This document shows, in pieces, positions 37,609 to 47,639 of a stretch of DNA of 64,000 nucleotides. Origin of the DNA: Chloroflexota bacterium. Its GTDB lineage: Bacteria; Chloroflexota; UBA11872; VXOZ01. The stretch is taken from positions 1,440,001 to 1,504,000 of the forward strand of contig OY760183.1 of the NCBI GenBank assembly GCA_963663275.1, given 5' to 3'. Below the pieces are notes generated by a model. The model saw nothing but the letters and a program-made list of their open reading frames with translations. It did not search any database and was not told the DNA's origin. Made by a program: the position numbers and the translations under genes. Numbering within the stretch: the stretch's first letter is position 1; every line of letters starts with the position of its first letter.

Positions 37609-39018
37609 CTACCAGCGGCGTATGGGCTTTTCGCTATCCAGGAGATGCTGGAGCAGCATGTTCTCGTGCTGGAGCACCAGGTCGCGGGAGCCGGGGTCGC
37701 GGGCCAGGTTGCGCGTCTCCAGCGGGTCTTCCTCCATGTCGTAGAGTTCCTGGCCGTCCGGGGTGTTCCAAACGGCGTACTTGTAGCGGTTGGTGGTGAT
37801 CGACTTGCCGCGCACGACCTGGTTGTTGTCCTCGAACGCGCAGAGCGCGACGCCCGGCGCGTCGGCGGCGCCTTCCACCACCGGCTTCAGGCTGGCGGCC
37901 TGCATTTCTCCAGGGATCTCCACGCCCGCGTAGTCGAGGATGGTCGGCGCCACCTGGAAGGTCTCGATCACGCCGTCCACGTGCGGGACGCGGGGCATGT
38001 TAGCCGGCGGCGCGACGATGAAGGGCACGCGGGCGGAGCCTTCCCAGAAGGTGCCTTTGCCGCCGCGCGACCAGTCGCCCATGTGGTCGCCGTGGTCGCT
38101 GGTGAAGATGATGAGGGTGTTGTCCGCCTTGCCGCACTCGGCCAGCGTCTGGAAGAGGCGCTCCATCATGTCGTCGATGTAGGTGCAGAGGCCCCAGTAG
38201 AAGGCCGTGACCCGGCGGATGAGGCTGTCGTCCGGCAGTTTGGCGAAGCGGCCGCCGCCGTTCTGCAGGTGCTTGGGCTTGTCGCTGTCGTCCGCCAGGT
38301 AGGTGGGCGAAACGTCCACGTAATCCAGCGGGTACATGGTGTCATAAGGCTTGGGCGGGTCGAACGGCCCGTGAGGCCCGCAGATGCCGCACCAGGCGAA
38401 GAACGGCCGGTCGTGGTCGCGGGCCACGAACTCGCGGGTATTCTCGGTGATCCAGGTGTCGATGTACTCTTCCAGCGGCAGCACGTTGGAAATTGCGGTC
38501 ATGAATTGGCGGTAGTCGGGTTCGCGGCGCTGTTCGTAGATCAGTTCGTAGCCGCCGGGATGGACGGAATCCAGCCAGCGGGCGTAGACCGGGCCCAAGG
38601 GGCCGGGACCGAGCGGCGAGCCGTAGGACTGCGTCCAGCGCGCGCCTTTGCCGCCGGTGAGTTGGGTCTCGTTGAAGCCTTTGGGCGGCATCATGTGAAT
38701 CTTGCCGAACGCGGCGGTGACGTAGCCGGCGTCCTGCAACGCTTCCATGAAGGTGCGCTCCCAGGGCGGCAGGCCGGGCGTGCTGTCCACGGCCGCTTCC
38801 ATGTAGGTGACGCCGTGCTGGTGGGTGTAGCGGCCGGTCTGCAAACAGGCGCGCGCCGGGATGCACACCGGATTCTGGTTGTAGGCCTTGGCGAACAGCG
38901 TGCCTTTGGCCGCCAGCGCGTCCAACGTGGGCGTTTTGACCTTTTGGTTGCCGTAGCAGCCGAGGGTGTCCCAGCGCTGTTCGTCGGTGGTGATCAGGAT
39001 GATGTTCGGACGTTCCAT
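37609..39018 (-). CDS. Sulfatase-like hydrolase (formylglycine-dependent)
   Basis: PNIILITTDEQR, CIPAR, TGRY, GKIH, PHGPF and FTSDHG. Confidence 0.93.
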   Translation of the reverse strand: MERPNIILITTDEQRWDTLGCYGNQKVKTPTLDALAAKGTLFAKAYNQNPVCIPARACLQTGRYTHQHGVTYMEAAVDSTPGLPPWERTFMEALQDAGYVTAAFGKIHMMPPKGFNETQLTGGKGARWTQSYGSPLGPGPLGPVYARWLDSVHPGGYELIYEQRREPDYRQFMTAISNVLPLEEYIDTWITENTREFVARDHDRPFFAWCGICGPHGPFDPPKPYDTMYPLDYVDVSPTYLADDSDKPKHLQNGGGRFAKLPDDSLIRRVTAFYWGLCTYIDDMMERLFQTLAECGKADNTLIIFTSDHGDHMGDWSRGGKGTFWEGSARVPFIVAPPANMPRVPHVDGVIETFQVAPTILDYAGVEIPGEMQAASLKPVVEGAADAPGVALCAFEDNNQVVRGKSITTNRYKYAVWNTPDGQELYDMEEDPLETRNLARDPGSRDLVLQHENMLLQHLLDSEKPIRRW

Positions 39019-39262
39019 TGGCTCTTGCTCCCTTGTTTCTCTCTCATTGCGGGCACTGCCGTGTGCGCATTAGCGCGCTTGCCGGATGTGGCTTTGAGGA
39101 CTTGCGCGTTGTGTGACCATTGTAGCACTGCAAAGGGAGATGGAAGCGCGCCCCTGCGGTTGCGGGGCCGGTGGCGGAACGGAGCGGGGGACAAGCCCCC
39201 GCGCTACGGTGGTGGGACGGAGGCGGGGGACAAGCCCCCGCGCTACGGTAGAGAGGATGGAA

Positions 39263-40111
39263 CTAGAGACCCACCTCGTTCGCGAGTTGCTTGGTGTATT
39301 GGAGGTCTCGCTTGACCTGGGCGAGCAGTTCCGTCTGGTTCATGTCTTTGAAGCTGTTCGCGCCCCGGTATTCGGCCTGGAACGAGGCGTAGCCGGTGTA
39401 GCCGATGCTCTTGAGGCAGCGGAAGGCGTCGGGGAAGGGCACGAATCCCTGGTCGAAAGGCACGACTTTGGTCCGCCAGCGCGCCGCGCCGGTGTCCGGG
39501 TCCTCTTCGCGAAACTGGGCGACGTTTTCCAGAGCGAGCATGTCGATGCGGTCCGCCAGCAGGTCGAGACCGTGCATCCAGCCGCCGAAACTGCCCTCGA
39601 TGCCCATGTGTCCCAAATCGGGATAGTAGCAGACGGCGGCGGGATCGAAGCCTTCCAGCAGCAGGGAGACGACGTGCGTCGTGGCGGAGAGCGTGGGGCC
39701 GTAGTGAGCGTGGATGCCGGCCTGAACGTTGTGCTTCAGGCAGAGCCGCTCGATGCCGCGCAACTGCGCGCGCACCGCGTCGATCTGGCGGCGCATTTCC
39801 CCAAAACCGGCGTAGCGGTAGTAGCCCAGCTTGAACTGCATGATGCCCAAGTCGGCGGCCGTGGCGAGGATTGCTTCGGCGTGGGGTGAACCGGCGCTTT
39901 CGATAGCCGTGGTCAGCCAGCCGATTGCCAGGCCCCGGCTGCGCATGGCGCGGGCCGCCTTGGGCAGATCGGTCTTCACCCGCTCCGGCAGGACGTGTCC
40001 GGGCGCGCGCACCGTCAGGTCAACGCCGTCCATGCCAAGTTCCGCCGCGGTGTCGGCAAGCTCTTCGTAGGAGAGGTTTTCCAGTGGCTTAGAGAGCAGC
40101 AGGCACTTCAT
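39263..40111 (-). CDS. Sugar phosphate isomerase/epimerase (xylose-isomerase-like TIM barrel)
   Basis: SKPL, DGVDLTVRAPGHV and PDLGH. Confidence 0.85.
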   Translation of the reverse strand: MKCLLLSKPLENLSYEELADTAAELGMDGVDLTVRAPGHVLPERVKTDLPKAARAMRSRGLAIGWLTTAIESAGSPHAEAILATAADLGIMQFKLGYYRYAGFGEMRRQIDAVRAQLRGIERLCLKHNVQAGIHAHYGPTLSATTHVVSLLLEGFDPAAVCYYPDLGHMGIEGSFGGWMHGLDLLADRIDMLALENVAQFREEDPDTGAARWRTKVVPFDQGFVPFPDAFRCLKSIGYTGYASFQAEYRGANSFKDMNQTELLAQVKRDLQYTKQLANEVGL

Positions 40112-40280
40112 AATCTCTGGTCCTTCCCGTTCCGCTTCACGCCGCCCTTAAATGGTACTATCAGTGTGTCTCATTCCCATGGCAACACCGTAGCAGAGTG
40201 GCGCGTCGCGTGCATGAGTTCAGGTTTCGCGTTGAAGGCGGGCCGCTCGCGCGGCAGAGGATAGTCTCCGGAGTCAACCC

Positions 40281-40802
40281 GTGGTAGACCCCGCATTCGA
40301 GAAGTCCATCACGCTGCCTGCGCTCGGCGCGGTGCGCTTCCACTGCCTGCGCGCCGGGGACGCCGGCGTTCTCTACGCCTTCTTCCGCAGCCTGGGGCCC
40401 CAGACCCGCGCCTGGTTCCGGCCGCACACGCCGTGGACGCATGACGTGGCGCGCGACCTGGCGGCCGCCGCTGAAGGCCCGGACGTCATCCGCTTTCTCG
40501 CCCTTGTAGACGCCGGCGGCAAGGAAGTTCCGGCGGGCTATGGCTTCTTCGAGAACCTCCAGTCCGCCCGGCCGGTGCTCGGCATCGCGGTGGCCGACGC
40601 GTATCAGGAAGTGGGGCTTGGGCAGGCAATCATGCGGCATCTCAAGGCGGTTGCGCGGCAATTGGGCAAAAGGCGTATCATACTCACTGTGGACGGCGAC
40701 AACGCACGGGCGCGGCACGTCTACGAGAAGCAGGGCTTCAGACAGACGCGGCTGATCCCGGGGAGTTCCCACAACGCCCGCGAAATGGAGTGCATCCTGT
40801 AG
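40281..40802 (+). CDS. GNAT family N-acetyltransferase
   Basis: LGIAVADAYQEVGLG and NARARHVYEKQGF. Confidence 0.85.
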   Translation: MVDPAFEKSITLPALGAVRFHCLRAGDAGVLYAFFRSLGPQTRAWFRPHTPWTHDVARDLAAAAEGPDVIRFLALVDAGGKEVPAGYGFFENLQSARPVLGIAVADAYQEVGLGQAIMRHLKAVARQLGKRRIILTVDGDNARARHVYEKQGFRQTRLIPGSSHNAREMECIL

Positions 40803-40838
40803 CCGGCTTAGTTGTAACCGGAGGAGAAGAGCAATCCC

Positions 40839-43532
40839 ATGGCAATCAAGACGTGGCCCGCGGAGGTCAACAGCGTTCGCAAGGCAACGGTGGTCCCTTT
40901 CGATGAGGTAACGCTGCCGGAAGAGATCTTCATCGTGCCGGGCGCGCACTTCGATTTTGGCTGGTGCGCGGGCATCTCCGAGTGCCTGGCCTACGCCGAC
41001 GAGCTTATCAAAGGCTCGATTGACGCCATCACCGGCCCGGCGCCGGACTACCGCTTCACGGTTGAGTACGCCGCCTTTCTGCGCCACTTCATCACGCGCT
41101 TCCCGGAGTACCTGCCCACGGTGAAGCAGCTTATCAAGGAGCGCAAGCTCGAAACCACCGCCGCCATGGTGGGCTACATGGAGGACATCCTGGACGGCGA
41201 GATCATGGTGCGCGAAATTGTGCACGCCAAGCGCTTCGCCCGGGACGTGCTGGATTGCGACCTGCCCACGGCGCAGCACTCCGACTTGCCCGGCCACACA
41301 CCGCAGACGCCCCAACTCCTCGCCAAGGCCGGGGTGAAGTATTTCTCCTACACCCGTTTTCGGCCCTATTCGCCGGTGCATTGGTGGGAAGCGCCCGACG
41401 GCTCGCGGGTGCTGGCGGCCAACCACATGAACAACTACGGCTGGGCCTTCCTGCTCACCAACCCGGAATTCGGCTGGCTGCCCGACTACGAGGGCGATGA
41501 ACCGGAAGTGTACTCGATTTCCGAGGCCATGCGTCTCTGGCCGCTGCCGGTGCTGCTGATGATGGGCCAGTCCGACCTGCGTCCGCCGGTACCGGAGGAC
41601 ATGGTGGCTGCTGCAAAGAAACTTACCGCTGAAGGCAAGCTGAACTTCAGCTTCTCTACGATCACGGGTTTCTTCGAGGCGGCTGAGCGCACCGGCAAGG
41701 TGGACGACCTGCCCGTCTACGGCGGCCACTCTCCGTATGCCTTCTATTCCATTCCGGCATTTGCGCCCCGGGTCTATCTGGAAGCGCGCCGCGCGGAGAA
41801 TGCGCTGGCGAGCGCGGAGAAACTTTCGGCTATTCGCGGCTTGCTGGGACTGGGGGCGTACCCGCGCGCCGAGCTTGATCCGGCGTGGGAAGACCTCTAC
41901 AACTGCCACGACCACAACGTCGGCGGCAGGCACGGCGAACTCAACGACGACGTGCGCTACAAGACCGCCGTGCACGCCCACATGGTCGGTATGGAGATCG
42001 CGCGCGAGGCGAACAACCAGTTCGCCACCCACGTGAACTACGCGCCGCCCAGCGACGAGGCGCGCACGCTGCTCGTCAGCAACCCGCTCAACTGGGATCG
42101 CTCGGACGTGGTGGAAGACTACATGGAGTTCAACGGGGATAACGTCACCGGCGTCCGCGTTACCGACGGGCAGGGCAACGAGATGCCGTGCCAGGTGCTC
42201 AACGCCCAGAACGCCGGCGACGACCGGGTGGACTTTGCCGGTTTCGGTTATTCGCGGGTGGACTTCGCGTTCCTGGCGAAGGACGTGCCGTCGCTGGGCA
42301 TCAAGGCGTTCTACCTGGAACCAAGGGTCGGCGCCAGCGACCAGAACACCCGCCGCACGACGATGGAACACGTGGTGGAGAACGACCACTTCCGCCTGGA
42401 CGTTACCGGCGGCATGGTGAAGAGCCTGCAATGGAAGCGGCCGGACGGTTCGTCTGTGGAACTCGCCGCCCAGGCCGACCACTACTTCAACGAGGTGGTG
42501 GTGATCGAAGACCTGCGCTACGATCTGGAAGACTCCCAGGACGAGCAGGCTATGAAGGTGCCGACCACCGACGAGGCGCTGGAAGTGCAGGCCAGAGGCG
42601 AACAGTGGCTGGCGGACACGAACTTCACCGGCCGGGAGTGGCGCGCCAGCGACGGGCCCACCCAGGTGCAGTGGGTGGAGCGCGGCCCCATCTGGACGAC
42701 GGTCTGCCTGCGCAGCCACGTGCGGGAAGCCCCAATCGAGCAGCAGATCCGCCTGCACAATCACGAACCGCGCGTGGATCTGACCACCACCATCGACTGG
42801 AACGGCACGAAGAATACCCAGGTGCGCCTGGCCTTGCCCTGGAACGTGCCGGACGGCGAGGTGACCTATGAAGTGCCTTTCGGCAACGTGGTCTTTGGCC
42901 AGGGCGAGGTGCCGAATACCTATCGCGGCGACGGCACGCGCTGGGTGCAGAAGTGGCTGGACGTTTCCAACGGCGAATACGGCGTCACGCTGGGCACGAG
43001 CAACTGCGGCCACGCCATCAAGGGAACGACCGCCTATGCGAATCTCATTCGCACGGCCTATTCCTGCGGCACGCCCTTCTTCGAGTACCCGAATCTCGGC
43101 GTGCACACCTATCACGCCACGCTCGTGCCCCACGAAGGCGGCTGGCGGGGCGCGAACGCCGAGCGCGTCGGCTGGCAGCACTGGAACCCGCTGCAAGCCA
43201 CCAAGCTGGCTACGGCGGCGCCGATGCAGCCGTTCGCGGGCAACACGTTCCTGAGCGATGCGGAGAGTTTCGTGCGCGTGGACGCGCCGAACGTGGTGAT
43301 TACCACCATCCAGGAGCATCCGGACCGCGCCGGCAACTGGCTGCTGCGACTCTTCGAAGCGCACGGCGAGGACGCGACGGTCACGCTGCAACTGCCGCGC
43401 GCGGTGGAAGCGGCGTGGGTGACGAACCTCATGGGTGACTTGGAAACGGAACTTGCGGTTTCCGGCAACACGGTAACGGTACCGCTGGGCGGCTATGAGA
43501 TCGAGACGGTGGCCGTTGCGTTTGCGACGTAG
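40839..43532 (+). CDS. Glycoside hydrolase family 38 (alpha-mannosidase-like)
   Basis: HFDFGW Zn motif, DLPGH, WEAPDGSRV, HDH, NPLNWDR, YEVPFG and LLRLFE. Confidence 0.85.
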   Translation: MAIKTWPAEVNSVRKATVVPFDEVTLPEEIFIVPGAHFDFGWCAGISECLAYADELIKGSIDAITGPAPDYRFTVEYAAFLRHFITRFPEYLPTVKQLIKERKLETTAAMVGYMEDILDGEIMVREIVHAKRFARDVLDCDLPTAQHSDLPGHTPQTPQLLAKAGVKYFSYTRFRPYSPVHWWEAPDGSRVLAANHMNNYGWAFLLTNPEFGWLPDYEGDEPEVYSISEAMRLWPLPVLLMMGQSDLRPPVPEDMVAAAKKLTAEGKLNFSFSTITGFFEAAERTGKVDDLPVYGGHSPYAFYSIPAFAPRVYLEARRAENALASAEKLSAIRGLLGLGAYPRAELDPAWEDLYNCHDHNVGGRHGELNDDVRYKTAVHAHMVGMEIAREANNQFATHVNYAPPSDEARTLLVSNPLNWDRSDVVEDYMEFNGDNVTGVRVTDGQGNEMPCQVLNAQNAGDDRVDFAGFGYSRVDFAFLAKDVPSLGIKAFYLEPRVGASDQNTRRTTMEHVVENDHFRLDVTGGMVKSLQWKRPDGSSVELAAQADHYFNEVVVIEDLRYDLEDSQDEQAMKVPTTDEALEVQARGEQWLADTNFTGREWRASDGPTQVQWVERGPIWTTVCLRSHVREAPIEQQIRLHNHEPRVDLTTTIDWNGTKNTQVRLALPWNVPDGEVTYEVPFGNVVFGQGEVPNTYRGDGTRWVQKWLDVSNGEYGVTLGTSNCGHAIKGTTAYANLIRTAYSCGTPFFEYPNLGVHTYHATLVPHEGGWRGANAERVGWQHWNPLQATKLATAAPMQPFAGNTFLSDAESFVRVDAPNVVITTIQEHPDRAGNWLLRLFEAHGEDATVTLQLPRAVEAAWVTNLMGDLETELAVSGNTVTVPLGGYEIETVAVAFAT

Positions 43533-43598
43533 CGGTTCTGCGCCGTTGTTCAAATCGCACATGCCGCGGCCATGAGAGAGCAAGGATGGAGGAGTGTT

Positions 43599-44795
43599 AT
43601 GTCTGAAGACGTTGGTTTCGTCACCATGGGAGAGACGTCCGGCCGGGAGGACGCGCCGGAGATTGGCGTGGGGATGTTGGGCTACGCCTTCATGGGCAAG
43701 GCCCACAGCAACGCCCTGCGCAAGATTCCCTATATGGTCGATCCGTTGCCGGCCGTGCCGGCGCTGGTATCGATTTGCGGGCGCAATGAGGGCGCGGTGC
43801 GGGACGCCGCCGCCCGCTACGGCTTTCAGAAATACTGCACCGACTGGCGCGATCTGGTCCAGGACGACGCGATTCAGCTTTTCGATAACGGCGGCCCGAA
43901 CGACGTGCACGCCGAGCCGTGCATCGCCGCCGCCGAGGCCGGCAAGCACATCATTTGCGAGAAGCCCCTGGCGCGCACGGCCGCGGAAGCTAAGCCGATG
44001 CTGGAGGCGGTGCAAAAGGCCGGGGTGAAACACGCCTGCGCCTTCAACTACCGCTTCGTGCCGGCGCTGCGGCTGGCGCGCGAAATGATCGAGCGCGGCG
44101 AGTTGGGACAGATATACCACTTCCGGGCGGTCTACCTGCAAGAGTGGATCATGGACCCGCAGTTTCCCATGGTCTGGCGCTTGAAGAAGGACATCGCGGG
44201 CAGCGGCGCGCTAGGCGACCTGGGCGCGCACATCATCGACCTGGCGCGCTTCCTGGTCGGCGAACCCACCGCCGTATCGGGTCTCACGCAGACGTTCATC
44301 AAGGATCGCCCCACCGACGACGGCGGACGGGACACCGTGGACGTGGACGATGCGTTCGTCTCGCTGGTGCAGTTTGCGAATGGCGCGATCGGCACGCTGG
44401 AAGCCAGCCGCTACGCCAACGGGCGCAAGAACCACCAGCGCATCGAGATCAACGGCTCCAAGGGCAGCATCGTCTTCAACATGGAGCGGCTGAACGAGCT
44501 TGAAGTCCATCTCAGCGACAGCGAGCCGGGCGCGCACGCCCAGGGCTTCCGCCAGGTGCTCGTCACCGAGGCCGACCATCCCTTCTGGAAGTATTGGTGG
44601 CCCCACGGCCACATCATCGGCTGGGAGCATACGTTCGTGCACGAACTCACGCACCTGCTGGACGCCATCGTGAACGATACGCCGGTCGCGCCCTACGCCG
44701 CCGATTTCGAGGACGGCTACCGGGCCGCCGTGATCTGCGACGCGGTGCTGGAGTCAGCGGCCAACGGCGGCGCGCTGGTTCCAATACAATACTGA
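43599..44795 (+). CDS. Gfo/Idh/MocA family oxidoreductase
   Basis: GYAFMGKAH, CEKPL, GALGDLGAHIID and WWPHGHIIGWEHTF. Confidence 0.92.
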   Translation: MSEDVGFVTMGETSGREDAPEIGVGMLGYAFMGKAHSNALRKIPYMVDPLPAVPALVSICGRNEGAVRDAAARYGFQKYCTDWRDLVQDDAIQLFDNGGPNDVHAEPCIAAAEAGKHIICEKPLARTAAEAKPMLEAVQKAGVKHACAFNYRFVPALRLAREMIERGELGQIYHFRAVYLQEWIMDPQFPMVWRLKKDIAGSGALGDLGAHIIDLARFLVGEPTAVSGLTQTFIKDRPTDDGGRDTVDVDDAFVSLVQFANGAIGTLEASRYANGRKNHQRIEINGSKGSIVFNMERLNELEVHLSDSEPGAHAQGFRQVLVTEADHPFWKYWWPHGHIIGWEHTFVHELTHLLDAIVNDTPVAPYAADFEDGYRAAVICDAVLESAANGGALVPIQY

Positions 44796-44806
44796 GAGAG
44801 GCGATT

Positions 44807-45031
44807 ATGAAGAAGATTGAGGCCGAGGAATTCAAGAAACGGTGTCTGGAGTTGCTGGACGAAATGGAAGCCGGCGGCCTCATCATTACAAGAGACGGCA
44901 AGCCCGTCGCTCACGTCTTGCCGCTTGGCGGCAACAATGGCGACCTGATCGGCAGCCTGCGAGGCAAGATTGAGATAAAGGGTGACGTGTTCACCACCGG
45001 CCTCGACTGGGAAGCGAATGCGCAATCCTGA
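44807..45031 (+). CDS. Phd/YefM family antitoxin (orphan)
   Basis: MKKIEAEEFKKRCLELLDE...IITRDGKPVA, after a GAGAGG RBS. Confidence 0.85.
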   Translation: MKKIEAEEFKKRCLELLDEMEAGGLIITRDGKPVAHVLPLGGNNGDLIGSLRGKIEIKGDVFTTGLDWEANAQS

Positions 45032-45155
45032 CGCGCACACGTACGAGTGTGCTTGGCAACAGCGGTCTTCGGTCCAGCCAAGCGTTGAGCGCGAGCGCGG
45101 AGAGCGCCCAGGCGACGGAAGACTGCGGACTCTCTTCGGAGTAAAATCATCGTAG
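45018..45155 (+). pseudogene. Possible vestige of a VapC/PIN toxin start
   Basis: An overlapping ATG gives MRNPDAH, resembling PIN starts of the MxxLDTH type; the rest is not PIN-like. Confidence 0.3.
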
Positions 45156-45186
45156 CGAGACGTGAACGCACGAGGAGGCGCGAACC

Positions 45187-46155
45187 ATGAAACTTGGCGT
45201 ATTGACGGTGCTCTTGGGCGATTTGCCCTTCGAGGAGGCGTTGGACTACCTGCGCGACCTGGGCGTGCAGTCCGTGGAGATCGGCTGCGGCAACTATCCC
45301 GGCAACGCCCACTGCGACCCGGACGCGCTGCTGCACGACGACAAGGCGTGCGACGCTTTTCTCAATGCCGTGACCAGCCGCGACATGGAGATTTGCGCGC
45401 TGGCCGCCCACGGCAATCCGCTGCATCCCAACCCGAAAATCGCGCGGGCGCACGCCGAGACCCAGCGCAAGGCCATCCAACTGGCCCACAAGCTGGGCGT
45501 GGAGACTGTGGTGGGCTTCTCCGGCTGCCCGGGCGATTCCGAGGGGTCGCAATACCCGAATTGGGTGACGTGTCCCTGGCCGACGGATTATCTGGAGATT
45601 CTCGAGTGGCAGTGGGAGAAGAAGGTCATCCCCTACTGGAAGGAAGAGGCCGACTTCCTGCGGGAGCACAACGCCCGCATCGCGCTGGAGATGCACCCCG
45701 GTTTCGTGGTCTACAATTCCGAGACCTGCCTGCAACTGCGGGAAGCCTGCGGCCCGGAGGTTGGCGCGAACCTGGATCCCAGCCACCTCTTCTGGCAGGG
45801 CTGCGACATCATCGCCGTTATTCGCGAACTGGGCGAGGCCGGCGCGCTCTACCACTTCCACGCCAAGGATACCAAGGTGCATCCCTTGAACGCGGCCAAG
45901 CACGGCGTGCTGGATACCAAGTCCTACACCGACGAGGCGAACCGCTCGTGGCTCTTCCGCAGTGTCGGTTACGGCCACGACTACGGCTACTGGAAGGACA
46001 TCGTGAGCGAACTGCGCCTGGCGGGCTACGACGGCGTGCTCTCCATCGAGCACGAGGATAGCCTGATGTCGTCCAACGAGGGCCTGGAAAAGGGCGTGAA
46101 GTTTCTCAAGGAAATTCTGATCTTCGAAGAGCCCGGCACGGCGTATTGGGCGTAG
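45187..46155 (+). CDS. Sugar phosphate isomerase/epimerase (AP_endonuc_2 TIM barrel)
   Basis: ALEMHPG, NLDPSHLFWQG, HFHAKD and SIEHED. Confidence 0.9.
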   Translation: MKLGVLTVLLGDLPFEEALDYLRDLGVQSVEIGCGNYPGNAHCDPDALLHDDKACDAFLNAVTSRDMEICALAAHGNPLHPNPKIARAHAETQRKAIQLAHKLGVETVVGFSGCPGDSEGSQYPNWVTCPWPTDYLEILEWQWEKKVIPYWKEEADFLREHNARIALEMHPGFVVYNSETCLQLREACGPEVGANLDPSHLFWQGCDIIAVIRELGEAGALYHFHAKDTKVHPLNAAKHGVLDTKSYTDEANRSWLFRSVGYGHDYGYWKDIVSELRLAGYDGVLSIEHEDSLMSSNEGLEKGVKFLKEILIFEEPGTAYWA

Positions 46156-46400
46156 GGCCTTTTGCCGCGTTGGCGGCCTGAAGAATTGCGGTAAGAGTGC
46201 GGCGCCGCGCCCGTGCCGCGGCGCCTGGGTGGTAGGGGCACGACATGTCGTGCCCCTACCACCCAGGCGCAAGTCGCGCCCCAACAACCAGGCGCAAGTC
46301 CTGCCCCCGTACCCAAGAACATGCCGCGCCCCTACGCCTGGGAAGAGGCGATGCTCGTTTCCCAATTGGCCCAAAGACGCAGCCACCGAGGACATAGGCT

Positions 46401-47234
46401 ATGAAAGATACAAGCTGTTCTACGTCGCTCTTCCGGGACCGCGAACTTGACGCGGCGCTGGACGCCATCGAGGCGGTCGGCTTTCCCCAGGCCGAACTCA
46501 ACGTACGAGAGCCGCACGTCCACGGGGCGGACGCCGCTGAAGAACGCCGCCTGCGGCGTCTGTTCGCGGCGCGGGCGGTGCGGGCGCGGACGATGCACGC
46601 GCCGTCGGGCCGATACATACTGGGCACGTTGGATGAGGCATGGAACCGCGAGAGCGTCGGTGTCTTGAGCGAATACGCGCGTATGGCCGGCAATCTCGGC
46701 CTGACCGAAATGGTCATTCATCCCATCCCCAGCCTGACCCTTGTGCCGAATTCCGCCGACCCCGCGATTTCCCAGCAAATTCGAGAGGGGATGCGGCGCT
46801 CGCTGGACGCGCTGCTGCCCGTTGTCGAGGAGGCCGGTGTAAGGATCACTGTGGAGAACTTGCCGTATCCGGCAACGCCGTTCAACAACATGGCGGAGTT
46901 GCGAGAGGTCATAGAGCCATATCCCCGCGCCTCGGTGGGGCTCATCCTGGACTTTGGACACGCCGGCCGGGTCGAACGCGCGCCGGAGGACGAACTGCGC
47001 GTTGCCGGAGACCGCCTCTGCGGCACGCACATCCACGATCTCGACGCCCGCGACGGCCTGGTTGACCACCACTCGCCCGCGCTCGACTACTTCGACTGGG
47101 CCGCGATCCGCCGCACCTTCACCGAGATCGGCTACCAGGGCCCGTGGACGCTGGAGGTTTCCAAACCCAGCCGCGGCGAAAGCCTCGAAGAATTGGCCGC
47201 GGAGATCGCCACCTGGGTTGCCGGTTGGCTGTAG
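46401..47234 (+). CDS. Sugar phosphate isomerase/epimerase (AP_endonuc_2 TIM barrel)
   Basis: TVENL, LDFGHA, THIHD, DH and TLEV. Confidence 0.85.
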   Translation: MKDTSCSTSLFRDRELDAALDAIEAVGFPQAELNVREPHVHGADAAEERRLRRLFAARAVRARTMHAPSGRYILGTLDEAWNRESVGVLSEYARMAGNLGLTEMVIHPIPSLTLVPNSADPAISQQIREGMRRSLDALLPVVEEAGVRITVENLPYPATPFNNMAELREVIEPYPRASVGLILDFGHAGRVERAPEDELRVAGDRLCGTHIHDLDARDGLVDHHSPALDYFDWAAIRRTFTEIGYQGPWTLEVSKPSRGESLEELAAEIATWVAGWL

Positions 47235-47409
47235 CGGGTGCATAGAGTCCGCCGGTAGATGTTCTGCGGTTGGCTGGGAATGTCTCCGTTGTGGCATTCG
47301 CATGCGCCGCAGAGCCTACGAACTGTGCCCCCTCACCCTAACCCTCTCCCAGAGGGAGAGGGGATAAGAGGCGCGTACGCGCTGGGCTTCATCTGCCCCC
47401 TCTCTCCCA

Positions 47410-47613
47410 GGAGACCTTTGCGTAACCTTGGGCGGCGCTCCTTCTACTCCCTCTCCCTGGGGAGAGGGCCGGGGTGGAGGGGGGAATCCTCGTCGGTTCC
47501 GCCTCATTTCGCAAGGCTTCAGTATGAGGCGCCGCATAATCTCCCCTCACCCTAACCCTCTCCCCAGGGAGAGGGAACTTTTCGCCTCTCAGCGAGGTTT
47601 CGCAAAGGTCTCC
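47410..47613. mobile_element. IS5-end MITE of a second type (204 bp) carrying CCCTCTCCC/GGGAGAGGG hairpins
   Basis: Left end GGAGACCTTTGCGTAACC is identical to the IS end at 1993; right end GTTTCGCAAAGGTCTCC; CCA duplication inside a CCTCTC..GGGAGAGG hairpin. Confidence 0.85.
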
Positions 47614-47639
47614 CCAGGGAGAGGATGCCTGTTTGCAGG

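Noticed and set aside
40161-44141. 1326-aa minus-strand ORF
   Set aside because: It is the antisense shadow of the GNAT, GH38 and Gfo genes, has no recognisable motifs, and is a typical high-GC artefact. The same applies to 31636..33276, 37594..39315, 49212..50741 and 61167..62795.
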